Virus record (IMG/VR): IMGVR_UViG_3300027896_000013
Length of the DNA stretch: 64,000 nucleotides
Strand: one strand, 5' to 3'
DNA from: a virus
In this document: positions 38,804 to 47,516 of the stretch, one piece after another
How positions within the stretch are numbered: the first letter of the stretch is position 1
Layout: every line of letters starts with the position of its first letter
Made by a program: the position numbers and the translations under genes
Notes under the pieces: model-generated
Told to the model about the DNA's origin: nothing
Database searches by the model: none
What the model saw: only the letters and a program-made list of their open reading frames with translations

Positions 38804-39661
38804 GTGAAAACTGTTATTATCCTTGGTAAAGGGTATGTGGGGTGTAAGATGAGTGAAGAACTATCTAAAGCAGATAGCTCTTTGAACGTCATTAATATAT
38901 CTGCTCGTGTACCCCAGACAGATTATACCAGTCGACAAGTCTTTGATACAATTCTGAGCGAGCATACCAATGGTGATCCACTCATCGTAATAAATTGTTC
39001 TGGTCCATCAGAAGTTAAGCTAGCAGATGACATAAAGTATGGTTTAGAGTTACCTCTTATGTTAGACGAAGTATGTGCCTCTCGAGCTGCAAAATTTATA
39101 CACTTGGTAGACGCTTCGATATACAGAGGTCATAATACACTGTTTACAGAAACTGATAAGGTAACCGACGCTGGTGAGCAAACATCTTTTAAAGAGATGA
39201 TTAAGTGTATATGTGAAAATATCCTCTCAGAAAGAGGTGACGCTATCATACTCCGTACAAAAAATTTATTCGATGATACTCGTAACAAACGCAATTTTAT
39301 TCAACAGGTTCTAAACGGTTCATACAGAGAAACAGACACGTGTGAGGATAATTACACTAGTTTAATTGATTTTTCTATATTTATTAGTAGGCTTCTATCT
39401 AGAGATGCAGAAACAGATTCTGGTATATACAACGTAGTTAATGAAGGTATAATGACTCCTCGCACTATAATAATGCTATTGCGTACAGCTGGGTATAGCC
39501 ACCATGATTGGCACCACGGATCAGCTCGAGCGACCAAAAATAGCAGTATCCTATCGACGAGCAAAATAAAAAGTATGGGGCTTGGTTTACCATCAGTAAG
39601 TGAATCTTTACAGGATTGTATTAATGAAATCAAAAATCCAACAACTGCTAACGTACCGTGA
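38804..39661 (+). CDS. RmlD-like extended SDR (NDP-sugar epimerase/reductase), degenerate
   Basis: ILGKGYVG, VINCSG, FTETD, IILR, GIYNVVNEG, SILSTSK. Confidence 0.75.
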   Translation: MKTVIILGKGYVGCKMSEELSKADSSLNVINISARVPQTDYTSRQVFDTILSEHTNGDPLIVINCSGPSEVKLADDIKYGLELPLMLDEVCASRAAKFIHLVDASIYRGHNTLFTETDKVTDAGEQTSFKEMIKCICENILSERGDAIILRTKNLFDDTRNKRNFIQQVLNGSYRETDTCEDNYTSLIDFSIFISRLLSRDAETDSGIYNVVNEGIMTPRTIIMLLRTAGYSHHDWHHGSARATKNSSILSTSKIKSMGLGLPSVSESLQDCINEIKNPTTANVP

Positions 39662-39926
39662 TATTCACCCAAAAAAGCGTTACTCTTATGCCGTAACTGC
39701 TGGTGTTTTTGTCGGGGAGATATTGGTTTATACTGAATCAACACCAGAGAATCATTATTTTCTTAGCATACCTAAGATGGTTAATAGAGAGGTACCTGTT
39801 GAGAAGTTTAGAGAAGCTTTAACGTGTAAACTAGTAGATATTGTCGAGAAATTACCAAAATCTGTCTACAAAGTGTGTTATTTGCAGTATAAAAAGAACA
39901 ATCCACCACTAAGTAATCATACATGA
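39624..39926 (+). CDS. hypothetical protein
   Basis: About 100 aa with normal codon use; start uncertain. Confidence 0.65.
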   Translation: MKSKIQQLLTYRDIHPKKRYSYAVTAGVFVGEILVYTESTPENHYFLSIPKMVNREVPVEKFREALTCKLVDIVEKLPKSVYKVCYLQYKKNNPPLSNHT

Positions 39927-40117
39927 ATGCACCAACAATTAAGCCGATAATTATCACATCACCGATTAGTGGCCAGCCCTGCAGACCGACGCTAGCTACC
40001 TATATTCGCGGTGGTAAGAAGATTACTGAAGCTTCTTATATTGACCCCGCTTCAGGTGCCTTTATTAGAAAAGGTATTGTTAGCGTTGAGGATGTCGCAA
40101 AAGAAGAGAAGAAATAA
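39923..40117 (+). CDS. small late protein
   Basis: TAAGTA (39910-39915) 7 nt upstream; SPISG...DPASG knuckle-like turns. Confidence 0.65.
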   Translation: MNAPTIKPIIITSPISGQPCRPTLATYIRGGKKITEASYIDPASGAFIRKGIVSVEDVAKEEKK

Positions 40118-40155
40118 CTCTTGCACTTCTATTAGATACTTCGTATAATTCCAGG

Positions 40156-41211
40156 GTGAGTTTACCTGAGGAATATATAATTCAGAAATTCTTTTCTTAC
40201 AATGGTGGTGTAAAATATCTTAAGCACCAGCATGTATATCAAGGATCATGTTACATCTGTAAAGAAGGTAACTCGTGGCTAAAAAAGAAGCGTTGTTACT
40301 ATCTCACTAAGGAAGATGCAATTTGTTGTCATAATTGCGGGTGGTATAGCAAACCGTTAAAATGGATAATGGAGGTAACAGGTTCATCATATGCTGAGGT
40401 GATGAAAGAAGCAAAGACTTTTGAGTTCATACCAAAAACTTTAGAAGATACTGTTAAGGTTAAACCTAAGATAGCGGAAAAACTACCACATGATTCAATA
40501 AATCTTCTCGATAAATCTCAGGTAATGTTCTACAAAGATGTTCCAGTGGTTCGAACGGTTATAAACCTAATGATGAAGCGTAGGCTTGCTACTGCTATTA
40601 ATAGACCGAAGGGTTTATACGTCAGTTTAACAGATAAGGTGCATGCCAATAGGCTTATATTACCGTTTTATAATGAGGTCGGTGATGTTGTATTTTATCA
40701 ATCTAGAGGTGTACTTGATACTGATATTGCAAGCAGACCGAAGTATATCAGTAAAATCGGTGGCGACAAAACACTCTTTAATATCGATAAAATCACCAAT
40801 GATTTTGATAGTATTTTCATTTTTGAAGGCCCTATAAATTCGTTCTTTTGTATTAACGGTGTAGCTGTTGGAGGTATTCAAGAGAAGAGTTACAACAACT
40901 ACACACCTATGCAGGCGAAGCAGATACAGAAATATCCATTACATCGAAAGATATGGGTATTAGACTCTCAATGGATAGATACCGCTAGCGCAAATAAATC
41001 ACAGCGATTGATTGAATCAGGTGAGTCGGTTTTTATATGGCCGAAAGACAAAGGTACCAAATATAAAGATTTTAACGATATTGCTATTGCAGAGGGTATA
41101 GATAAAATTGACCCCCAGTTTGTATTTGATAATACACACCAGGGGTTAAATGCTAAACTAAAGCTAGCTGAGATATTAAGAGTTAGAGGAGATAAGGTAC
41201 CCCTTCATTGA
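40156..41211 (+). CDS. gp61: DNA primase gp61
   Basis: CYIC...CHNCG zinc finger, RLILPF, YQSR, PKY, FEGPI, VLD, KDFND. Confidence 0.92.
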   Translation: MSLPEEYIIQKFFSYNGGVKYLKHQHVYQGSCYICKEGNSWLKKKRCYYLTKEDAICCHNCGWYSKPLKWIMEVTGSSYAEVMKEAKTFEFIPKTLEDTVKVKPKIAEKLPHDSINLLDKSQVMFYKDVPVVRTVINLMMKRRLATAINRPKGLYVSLTDKVHANRLILPFYNEVGDVVFYQSRGVLDTDIASRPKYISKIGGDKTLFNIDKITNDFDSIFIFEGPINSFFCINGVAVGGIQEKSYNNYTPMQAKQIQKYPLHRKIWVLDSQWIDTASANKSQRLIESGESVFIWPKDKGTKYKDFNDIAIAEGIDKIDPQFVFDNTHQGLNAKLKLAEILRVRGDKVPLH

Positions 41212-41601
41212 CTCAGATAGAGAGCTAAGCTCAGCTGCGAGACGGGATATCTTCTTCTTTTCACTGCGAGCAATGTCATCAAACATGGTATCACAACCAG
41301 CTGCATGAAGCTTTGATTGCAGAGAATCAGGTGTTGGCGCATTAAGAAATTCAATAAAATTGTCAATCGTAGCAATCCACGCTTTAAGTTCACCTATCTG
41401 TTTATGCTTATGTTCGTCGTTCTTCTGGGGTGGTGTTGGTACATCGTAATCTTCAGCTCTTGCACCACTATCGAGAGAATTCGCCATAGCTGCGCGCTCA
41501 GCATTATCAGCATTACCGACGTCTCCACTAGGGTTAGGAGCGGCATCAACAACTGGAGCATCCTGCTCCAAAGCGAGTATAAAGCGATCTTGGTATTTCA
41601 T
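41176..41601 (-). CDS. putative internal head/late protein
   Basis: MKYQDRFILALE; TATAAATA 6 nt upstream. Confidence 0.65.
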   Translation of the reverse strand: MKYQDRFILALEQDAPVVDAAPNPSGDVGNADNAERAAMANSLDSGARAEDYDVPTPPQKNDEHKHKQIGELKAWIATIDNFIEFLNAPTPDSLQSKLHAAGCDTMFDDIARSEKKKISRLAAELSSLSESMKGYLISSNS

Positions 41602-41648
41602 TGTAATTATTTATATCTAGCCATGCTAAAATAGGTATAAATAATTCG

Positions 41649-42008
41649 GTGAATAGAACTACTGCACTCTTTGAAGATACAACAATGGCATATAATAGAT
41701 GGGTACAGGGTATCGCATCTAGAGAACTTGCTTCGACACGTGTAAATGTACCACAGGTTTTAAACAAACAACCTATAGTCGACAAAGCACCGAAGACGAT
41801 GCACCCAGTTTTAGACAAGACACCAGAAATTGTTGGTAGTCTTATACTAAATCTGACCAATCTTAGTCAGAAAGTCGACCTTGCTCTTAACTCTAATTTA
41901 GTAAAGAGTGAACGGAAAAAGGAAACACTCATTAGACTTCAAAAGAAGATAAAGAAGAATTTGAGATATGTTAGCACATTTATTACTGATTTCGAGAGTC
42001 TATCTTGA
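41649..42008 (+). CDS. hypothetical late protein
   Basis: TATAAATA (41636-41643) 5 nt before GTG; MNRTTALFE. Confidence 0.68.
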   Translation: MNRTTALFEDTTMAYNRWVQGIASRELASTRVNVPQVLNKQPIVDKAPKTMHPVLDKTPEIVGSLILNLTNLSQKVDLALNSNLVKSERKKETLIRLQKKIKKNLRYVSTFITDFESLS

Positions 42009-42038
42009 TTTCGCGTAAAAATGTCGTAAAATATCTGC

Positions 42039-42512
42039 ATGATTAAAAGAGCAATATTCGGTCTCCTCATCGTTACTACTATTAGCGCTCTAGTAGCATT
42101 CGTATTTTCATCTGGTACATTATCATTCCTTAGATGGTTTATAGGTACATTCGTATTCCAGTTTATACTTCAATATGTGATTACACTGGTGTTAGATGCA
42201 AGAATCGGTTCGAAAATTAAACAATTTGAACAACAAACTGCAGAGCTTTTAACTAAAAATGAACAGCCAGTGGCTTGTCCATGCCCTGTAAAAAACGTAC
42301 AATTGGTATCTGTAGATTTCTCTAATCCAGTAACATACAAGTGTTCACAGTGTAATAAAGATATCAAAGCTTATACTGAGATCACATCTGTTTTAGCAAC
42401 AGTGCCAATTGATAACAAAAAAGTTCTCAAAGAGAGTCTTGATAAGCTGAATAGTGAAGTAACGAAAAAAGAAAAGGATGTATATGCTCACTCTGCAACA
42501 AGCGACCAGTGA
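42039..42512 (+). CDS. membrane protein with 2 TM helices and a zinc ribbon
   Basis: Two hydrophobic N-terminal helices; CPC...CSQC. Confidence 0.7.
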   Translation: MIKRAIFGLLIVTTISALVAFVFSSGTLSFLRWFIGTFVFQFILQYVITLVLDARIGSKIKQFEQQTAELLTKNEQPVACPCPVKNVQLVSVDFSNPVTYKCSQCNKDIKAYTEITSVLATVPIDNKKVLKESLDKLNSEVTKKEKDVYAHSATSDQ

Positions 42513-42846
42513 AGTTGATCTAGCAGTACTTAAATCTGCTAATAGAGAAATGTATGAGGCTTATAAAAAGGGCCAGGAAAGCATGCGTAAAGTATTCACA
42601 AACGACGCAGAATTTGTTCAATGCTTTTTAAAGTCGTTTTTTGAGTATTATTCAACTATCATTTTAACACTTCCAGAAGCCGATAGAGTTATAGAAACTG
42701 CGAAACTTAGGCTTGCACAAGAGCAGCTAGAAGCCATAATGAAAATATTTGTTTTTAATAAGAATTATCTTGATAAAAACTTATTTCTGTTCTATACTCT
42801 AGCCTATGTCAACGACATTGTTAGAAAACAAAGTGGTAACGCGTAG
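42478..42846 (+). CDS. hypothetical protein
   Basis: 122 aa ORF overlapping its neighbours. Confidence 0.6.
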   Translation: MYMLTLQQATSEVDLAVLKSANREMYEAYKKGQESMRKVFTNDAEFVQCFLKSFFEYYSTIILTLPEADRVIETAKLRLAQEQLEAIMKIFVFNKNYLDKNLFLFYTLAYVNDIVRKQSGNA

Positions 42847-43087
42847 TAAACAAGGTATAGCAACATACGACCTAGATGAGTATTGTAGATGGTTGTGCTT
42901 ACTTGAAGCAATCGAACATATCGATTACAAAGCTAAAGAATTAGACTTCGACTTAGATACTGATAAAACATGGGTACAACCTCTAGCTCTTCAGAAGTAT
43001 ATTAGAGAACGATTCCTATCTATGAAGTTTGATGTGGTTTCACAGCTCGGTGGAGATGTTAGTGGTATTACACTACCAGTAAAATAG
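42806..43087 (+). CDS. hypothetical protein
   Basis: TTGATA-17-TATACT 7 nt upstream. Confidence 0.68.
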   Translation: MSTTLLENKVVTRSKQGIATYDLDEYCRWLCLLEAIEHIDYKAKELDFDLDTDKTWVQPLALQKYIRERFLSMKFDVVSQLGGDVSGITLPVK

Positions 43088-43091
43088 CTAG

Positions 43092-43817
43092 TTAGTATCC
43101 ACCGTAGACGTTATCGTTTCCGTTGGTTTGCGAATAGTCAAATACGTTGGTTTTATTATCCGTATTAACGTCATAGCTATACGTCTTGGCTGCACCGGAA
43201 ACACCAGCTTGTAATGTATCATCATATACCTGCTGGTTAACTGTTTCACCACCACTCAAACCAGGTTCGAATGAGTATTCGAATCGCTTAGCTTTTATGA
43301 GCCATACATAGTGACCTGCAAGTGCATTTATTTGAGCTATGTCCTGATCTAGCCGCTGTGTTATCTCATATATGTTACCGCTTCGGCCACCGACACGGTC
43401 AGAACCGTATTCAGACATACGAAAGATATCACCAGATTTAGGTTCTGCATTAACACCAAATACAGCATAGAAAGAGCTGATGTGTATAAAACCTGTAAGC
43501 TCATCATCACCAACTAACCCCCATTTGCTGAGCATTAGAGCATTTTCGTTGAGACTTATACCCAACACGATAGATTTAGGAGCATCGTATTGTTGAGTAG
43601 GTTGTTCACCGTATAGGTTATCTGCAGATAGGGTAGAGTAGCTGTGTTGTTGATACTCTACCTTTTGACCGTATAGATTAAGCTGTTCTCTCCAGTAGCT
43701 ACTATAAAGTGCACGCTCACATGCAGAGTTATCTTTATCTGTAAACCTATTACATAAGTTATCAGTTGGCGCTGTCGGGTAAACAATGATTTCTGGGCTA
43801 CCTATACGACCTAACAT
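43092..43817 (-). CDS. gp14: neck protein gp14
   Basis: EQLNLYGQKVEY, DNLYGE, LSKWGL..DDELT..I, EPKSGDI, FEYS. Confidence 0.85.
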   Translation of the reverse strand: MLGRIGSPEIIVYPTAPTDNLCNRFTDKDNSACERALYSSYWREQLNLYGQKVEYQQHSYSTLSADNLYGEQPTQQYDAPKSIVLGISLNENALMLSKWGLVGDDELTGFIHISSFYAVFGVNAEPKSGDIFRMSEYGSDRVGGRSGNIYEITQRLDQDIAQINALAGHYVWLIKAKRFEYSFEPGLSGGETVNQQVYDDTLQAGVSGAAKTYSYDVNTDNKTNVFDYSQTNGNDNVYGGY

Positions 43818-43818
43818 A

Positions 43819-44133
43819 TTATTTGTTCTTTGTTAATACAAACTTACCGTCTCTGTAACTTAGCAATATACCTGTATTGCCTAATTTAACAGGTTTAGCT
43901 ATAGACAACCTAAATCTAAACTTGTCATGTAATTCGTGTATATCCTTCTGAGTTAAAAACTCTGTACGTGATGTACCATTCTTAATGTTTAGGAACTTGA
44001 TATTTTCATCAGTTTTAGTCTGATGCATCTTTGGCACAAATCGTCCAGGAAACTTCTTTGAAATTCGACTAAGAGACTTCATGTGGCGTCTCTTATCCTG
44101 ACCCGTTTTGTAAAAAGACTTAAAGTTTAACAC
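43819..44133 (-). CDS. basic late protein
   Basis: MLNFKSFY; TAAATA (44139-44144) 5 nt before GTG. Confidence 0.68.
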   Translation of the reverse strand: MLNFKSFYKTGQDKRRHMKSLSRISKKFPGRFVPKMHQTKTDENIKFLNIKNGTSRTEFLTQKDIHELHDKFRFRLSIAKPVKLGNTGILLSYRDGKFVLTKNK

Positions 44134-44146
44134 AGAATTATTTAAT

Positions 44147-44176
44147 AAAAAAAGCCCCGGCTAATGCCGGGGCTTT
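44147..44176 (-). terminator. intrinsic terminator
   Basis: Stem GCCCCGGC-TAAT-GCCGGGGC flanked by A7 on the + strand (U-tail on the - strand), just downstream of the 44198 stop. Confidence 0.9.
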
Positions 44177-44197
44177 AAGAGCAATTAACTTAATGGA

Positions 44198-45091
44198 TTA
44201 CGTACCAATCTGACGACCCTGTTTAACGTTGCCGTTGGCTACGTTCTTCTTAGGATAGGTCATACCCTTGTTCATACGTTCCGGGCTGATCAGCGGATGA
44301 ATACCGGTTTCGGTATTACCAACCTCGTCCGTAACTGTGGCTTTAGCCTTACCACCAGCTACCTTGCTAGCATGGCCGGGAACGACGTTCGCCTTACCTT
44401 TTGGGCTCGTTGGCTTTGTATTTGGAAGCTCCTTCATTTCTGTGGCTTCACCGGCGACTTCCTCTTCGTCTTCACCCTTCTTCTCTTCGTTGTCTTCAGA
44501 ACCACCATCGGCGTTGTCAAAATGTTCACCCTCTTCACCTTCACCCTCGGCGCCAAAATGTTCACCCTCTTCGCCTTCACCCTCTTCCTGCATATCAAGC
44601 TGGTCGAGCAAATCGCGAATCTTGCTGATGATCTCAGCTGGGGTCAGCTCTTCTAATTCACCACCCTCGCCTTCACCTTCGCCACCTTCATGGCCATATC
44701 CTTCATGACCGGATTCTGGTGCGGCGGAGATATCATCGATTGTTTCGATGTCGGGGTTTTCAAGCTGGAGACGGCCATTAAGAACGTCACTTACAATTTT
44801 ATCAAAGCTTTTGCTCATATGATTATTTATATTCTTATTCTCTGTTTTTTCTGATGATAGGGAAAATTTTGATTCTGCTTTGGTGGCTGGTTTAAATCCA
44901 GATGCACCCTCAGGACCAGTCTTCTTACCAACAAACGGTGCCTTCTTCTTTTTCTTGGTAGGTTTACCCTTAACACCTTCAAAGGTACCTTTAGGTGGGA
45001 ATTTGTTCGCTTTTTCGGTTATAACCTTATCAAGCATGTTACCGTAGAGCTGGTTTATTTCAACTAAATAGTTGCTGCCTTTGTGTTTCAT
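44198..45091 (-). CDS. abundant head/core-like protein (basic N-terminus, acidic Gly/Glu-rich middle); nested isoform from 44818
   Basis: TATAAATA before both ATG 45091 and the in-frame ATG 44818; has its own terminator. Confidence 0.7.
   Translation of the reverse strand: MKHKGSNYLVEINQLYGNMLDKVITEKANKFPPKGTFEGVKGKPTKKKKKAPFVGKKTGPEGASGFKPATKAESKFSLSSEKTENKNINNHMSKSFDKIVSDVLNGRLQLENPDIETIDDISAAPESGHEGYGHEGGEGEGEGGELEELTPAEIISKIRDLLDQLDMQEEGEGEEGEHFGAEGEGEEGEHFDNADGGSEDNEEKKGEDEEEVAGEATEMKELPNTKPTSPKGKANVVPGHASKVAGGKAKATVTDEVGNTETGIHPLISPERMNKGMTYPKKNVANGNVKQGRQIGT
44518..44584. repeat. intragenic direct repeat, 31-nt unit, 36-nt period (EGEGEEGEHF x2)
   Basis: 44518-44548 and 44554-44584 match at 30/31 positions. 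Confidence 0.85.
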
Positions 45092-45105
45092 CGTAAGTAT
45101 TTATA
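45092..45105. promoter_or_regulatory. overlapping bidirectional late promoters
   Basis: TAAGTA on + (45094-45099) and TATAAATA on - (45105-45098) between divergent ATGs. Confidence 0.7.
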
Positions 45106-46862
45106 TGGCCAGTGCAAAAGATAATCAGTTTTATTTAGGAAACCCTAATTTACCTACACCTGGAGCTACCTTTAATTATGAAGAGCATCCAGAATGGGTA
45201 GAAGATCTAGAGAAGTGTCGTAAGAATATATTGTATTTTGCAGAAAACTTCTTTTGGATTGTTAACCTAGATGAAGGTAAAACACAGATAAAACTAAGAC
45301 CTTACCAAAAACGCATCTTACGCGCTTTAAGAGATAATCGATTTATTATAATGTTAGCAAGTCGTCAAGCTAGTAAAACTACATTGATGACAATATACGC
45401 TCTTTGGGCAGCATGCTTCTTTGATGATCAACGAATATTGATTGTAGCTAACCGTGAAGCAACTGCAGCGGGTATATTTAAACGTGTCCGTGTGGCGTAT
45501 GAACAGCTTCCTAACTATCTTAAACCAGGTACAGTTGAATATGGTAAAACTTCATTAGCTTTAGGTAACGGTTCTAGTATCGGTATATCAACTACGAGCA
45601 CAGGGTCTGGTCGTGGTGAATCTGTAAACGTTCTAATTGTTGATGAAATGGCGCACATCGAAAATGGTATTATGCAAGAGTTCTGGGAATCGGTATACCC
45701 TGTAATTTCATCTTCTAAAAAATCTAAGATATTCGTAGCATCTACCCCTAGAGGAGCTGGTAACCTATTCCATTCCTTGTATGAAGGTGCTGTCAAGAAT
45801 GATAATGACTGGCATCCAGAGCGAGTTGACTGGTGGGAGGTACCAGGTAGAGATGAAGCTTGGAAGATAAAAACTATAAAAACACTTGGTAGTGAATCTG
45901 CATTTAATCAAGAGTTTGGTTGTGAGTTTCAACAGGCCGGTGAAAGCGCTATTAACGAAGAGCTGTTTAAAAAGCTTGTATCTGAATCTAGAGCTCCTTT
46001 ATATGTATTTGAAGATGGGAAATATCTGCTATGGGATAAGTTTAAACCGGATCATTTATATGCAGCAGGTGTGGATGTTAGTGAAGGTGTAGGCGAAAAC
46101 GCTAGTGTTATACAAGTGATAGATATCACAGATTTAAAGGATATTCAGCAGGTTGCAATCTACAAAAATAAGAATATAAACCCCTTACAATTTATACCTA
46201 AGTGTCACGAAATATTACAACATTGGGGATCGCCACCTGTATTAATTGAACGCAATAACTGTGGTGGTCAAGTCGTAGATCAACTAAAAACAACACTAGA
46301 ATATCCAAGTGTTGTTAACTACGGTCCTGGTGCTGCCGGTACAAGCTACAATCGTAATGGTATCATGGCTCATACAAACACCAAATATAAAGGTGTTATG
46401 AATATGAGGTATTACATAAACGAATTAACGGTAGTAAAGCTTCGTGATGTAGATACTATAAACGAGTTGAGAGGTTTTATTAGACATGCTAACGGGACAT
46501 GGTCCGCAAGACCCGGTGCTAATAGCTTAGATGATACTGTTATGAGCCTTGTATGGGCTCTAATGATATTAGACTCTGACATAGTTGAGAATTACTTTAA
46601 TGTAGTACAAGTAGATGATAATAAAAAACCGTTATTACTCGAAGCATTCAATAATGGTGCAGTTCGCAAATATATAGACCCACTAAAAACTTTAGGTGTT
46701 AGTCAGGATACAGATAATACAGGAGGTGTGATGCCTTTCCTGTTTAACGATTTTGGTGGGAGCTCTGAGCTCGAAGTCTTCTCAAGACAGCAAGACGTTG
46801 CCGCTCAAGTAGATAAGGAAGATTTAGATAGAAACGGCTGGAAACCTTTAAATACTTACTAG
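45105..46862 (+). CDS. gp17: terminase large subunit gp17
   Basis: YLGNPNL, LRPYQ, SRQASKTT, LIVDE, ASTPRG, QEFGCEF, GVDVSEG, IERNN, DDTVMSL; start moved to ATG 45105. Confidence 0.96.
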   Translation: MASAKDNQFYLGNPNLPTPGATFNYEEHPEWVEDLEKCRKNILYFAENFFWIVNLDEGKTQIKLRPYQKRILRALRDNRFIIMLASRQASKTTLMTIYALWAACFFDDQRILIVANREATAAGIFKRVRVAYEQLPNYLKPGTVEYGKTSLALGNGSSIGISTTSTGSGRGESVNVLIVDEMAHIENGIMQEFWESVYPVISSSKKSKIFVASTPRGAGNLFHSLYEGAVKNDNDWHPERVDWWEVPGRDEAWKIKTIKTLGSESAFNQEFGCEFQQAGESAINEELFKKLVSESRAPLYVFEDGKYLLWDKFKPDHLYAAGVDVSEGVGENASVIQVIDITDLKDIQQVAIYKNKNINPLQFIPKCHEILQHWGSPPVLIERNNCGGQVVDQLKTTLEYPSVVNYGPGAAGTSYNRNGIMAHTNTKYKGVMNMRYYINELTVVKLRDVDTINELRGFIRHANGTWSARPGANSLDDTVMSLVWALMILDSDIVENYFNVVQVDDNKKPLLLEAFNNGAVRKYIDPLKTLGVSQDTDNTGGVMPFLFNDFGGSSELEVFSRQQDVAAQVDKEDLDRNGWKPLNTY

Positions 46863-46863
46863 A

Positions 46864-47469
46864 ATGCCACAACAATTTGTACAAGCACCGCTTAACAAGC
46901 AACGCAAAGACAAGTATCTTATAGTGATACCTGTACCTAAGGGATTGCGAGAGATGGTCGGCGGTTCAAGCGATCGCGCTAATTCTAAGATTATACCTGA
47001 AGCGCTTACAATGTCTATATATGGTAGCGTTACACCTGATATCGTTGTACCACCACTTACTCAAGGATATGCTGGTCAACATTACAGTGTATCATCTCTT
47101 GCTCGTGAAGCATATCCACCGATGAATATTAATTTCACAATTGACAACAGGTTTAACAACTGGTGGGTTATTTATAAGTGGTTGAATATATTGAATGACG
47201 AGAAAAAAAGCGAGTACGATACCAAGAATACCACAGATGTACAACATAAGAACGAGGTGTCGTCACAATATTACATGACCAATATCTCTATTTTCGCTTT
47301 AGACGAGTATAACAAGCGTGTTATCGAATTTAAATATCATCTTGCCTATCCGACAAAATTAGGTGGCATAACTTTCAGTGACCGAGATCCAGGCGAAGCA
47401 GAAGCTACACTTGAATTTGCTTATAGCCAATTTACTGCGGAACTCGTTGAGAGTGTGGAAAGTTTGTAA
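46864..47469 (+). CDS. tail tube-like / tail completion protein (gp3/gp19 fold)
   Basis: INFTIDNRFNNWWVIYKWL, FKY..AYPTKLGGI.F, FAYS. Confidence 0.7.
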   Translation: MPQQFVQAPLNKQRKDKYLIVIPVPKGLREMVGGSSDRANSKIIPEALTMSIYGSVTPDIVVPPLTQGYAGQHYSVSSLAREAYPPMNINFTIDNRFNNWWVIYKWLNILNDEKKSEYDTKNTTDVQHKNEVSSQYYMTNISIFALDEYNKRVIEFKYHLAYPTKLGGITFSDRDPGEAEATLEFAYSQFTAELVESVESL

Positions 47470-47516
47470 ATTGTTTAAAAAGCGTTTTTAAAACGCATAA
47501 ATAATTTACAGATATT

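Noticed and set aside
44518-44584. Direct repeat as a possible mini-CRISPR
   Set aside because: Only two units with a 5-nt spacer; it is an in-frame coding repeat and no cas genes are present.
44297-44708. Three overlapping plus-strand ORFs
   Set aside because: They are antisense shadows of the GC-rich, repetitive minus-strand gene and have no promoter or recognisable protein features.
47471-47497. Inverted repeat before the sheath gene
   Set aside because: An AT-rich weak stem with no U-tail; it cannot be supported as a terminator or operator.
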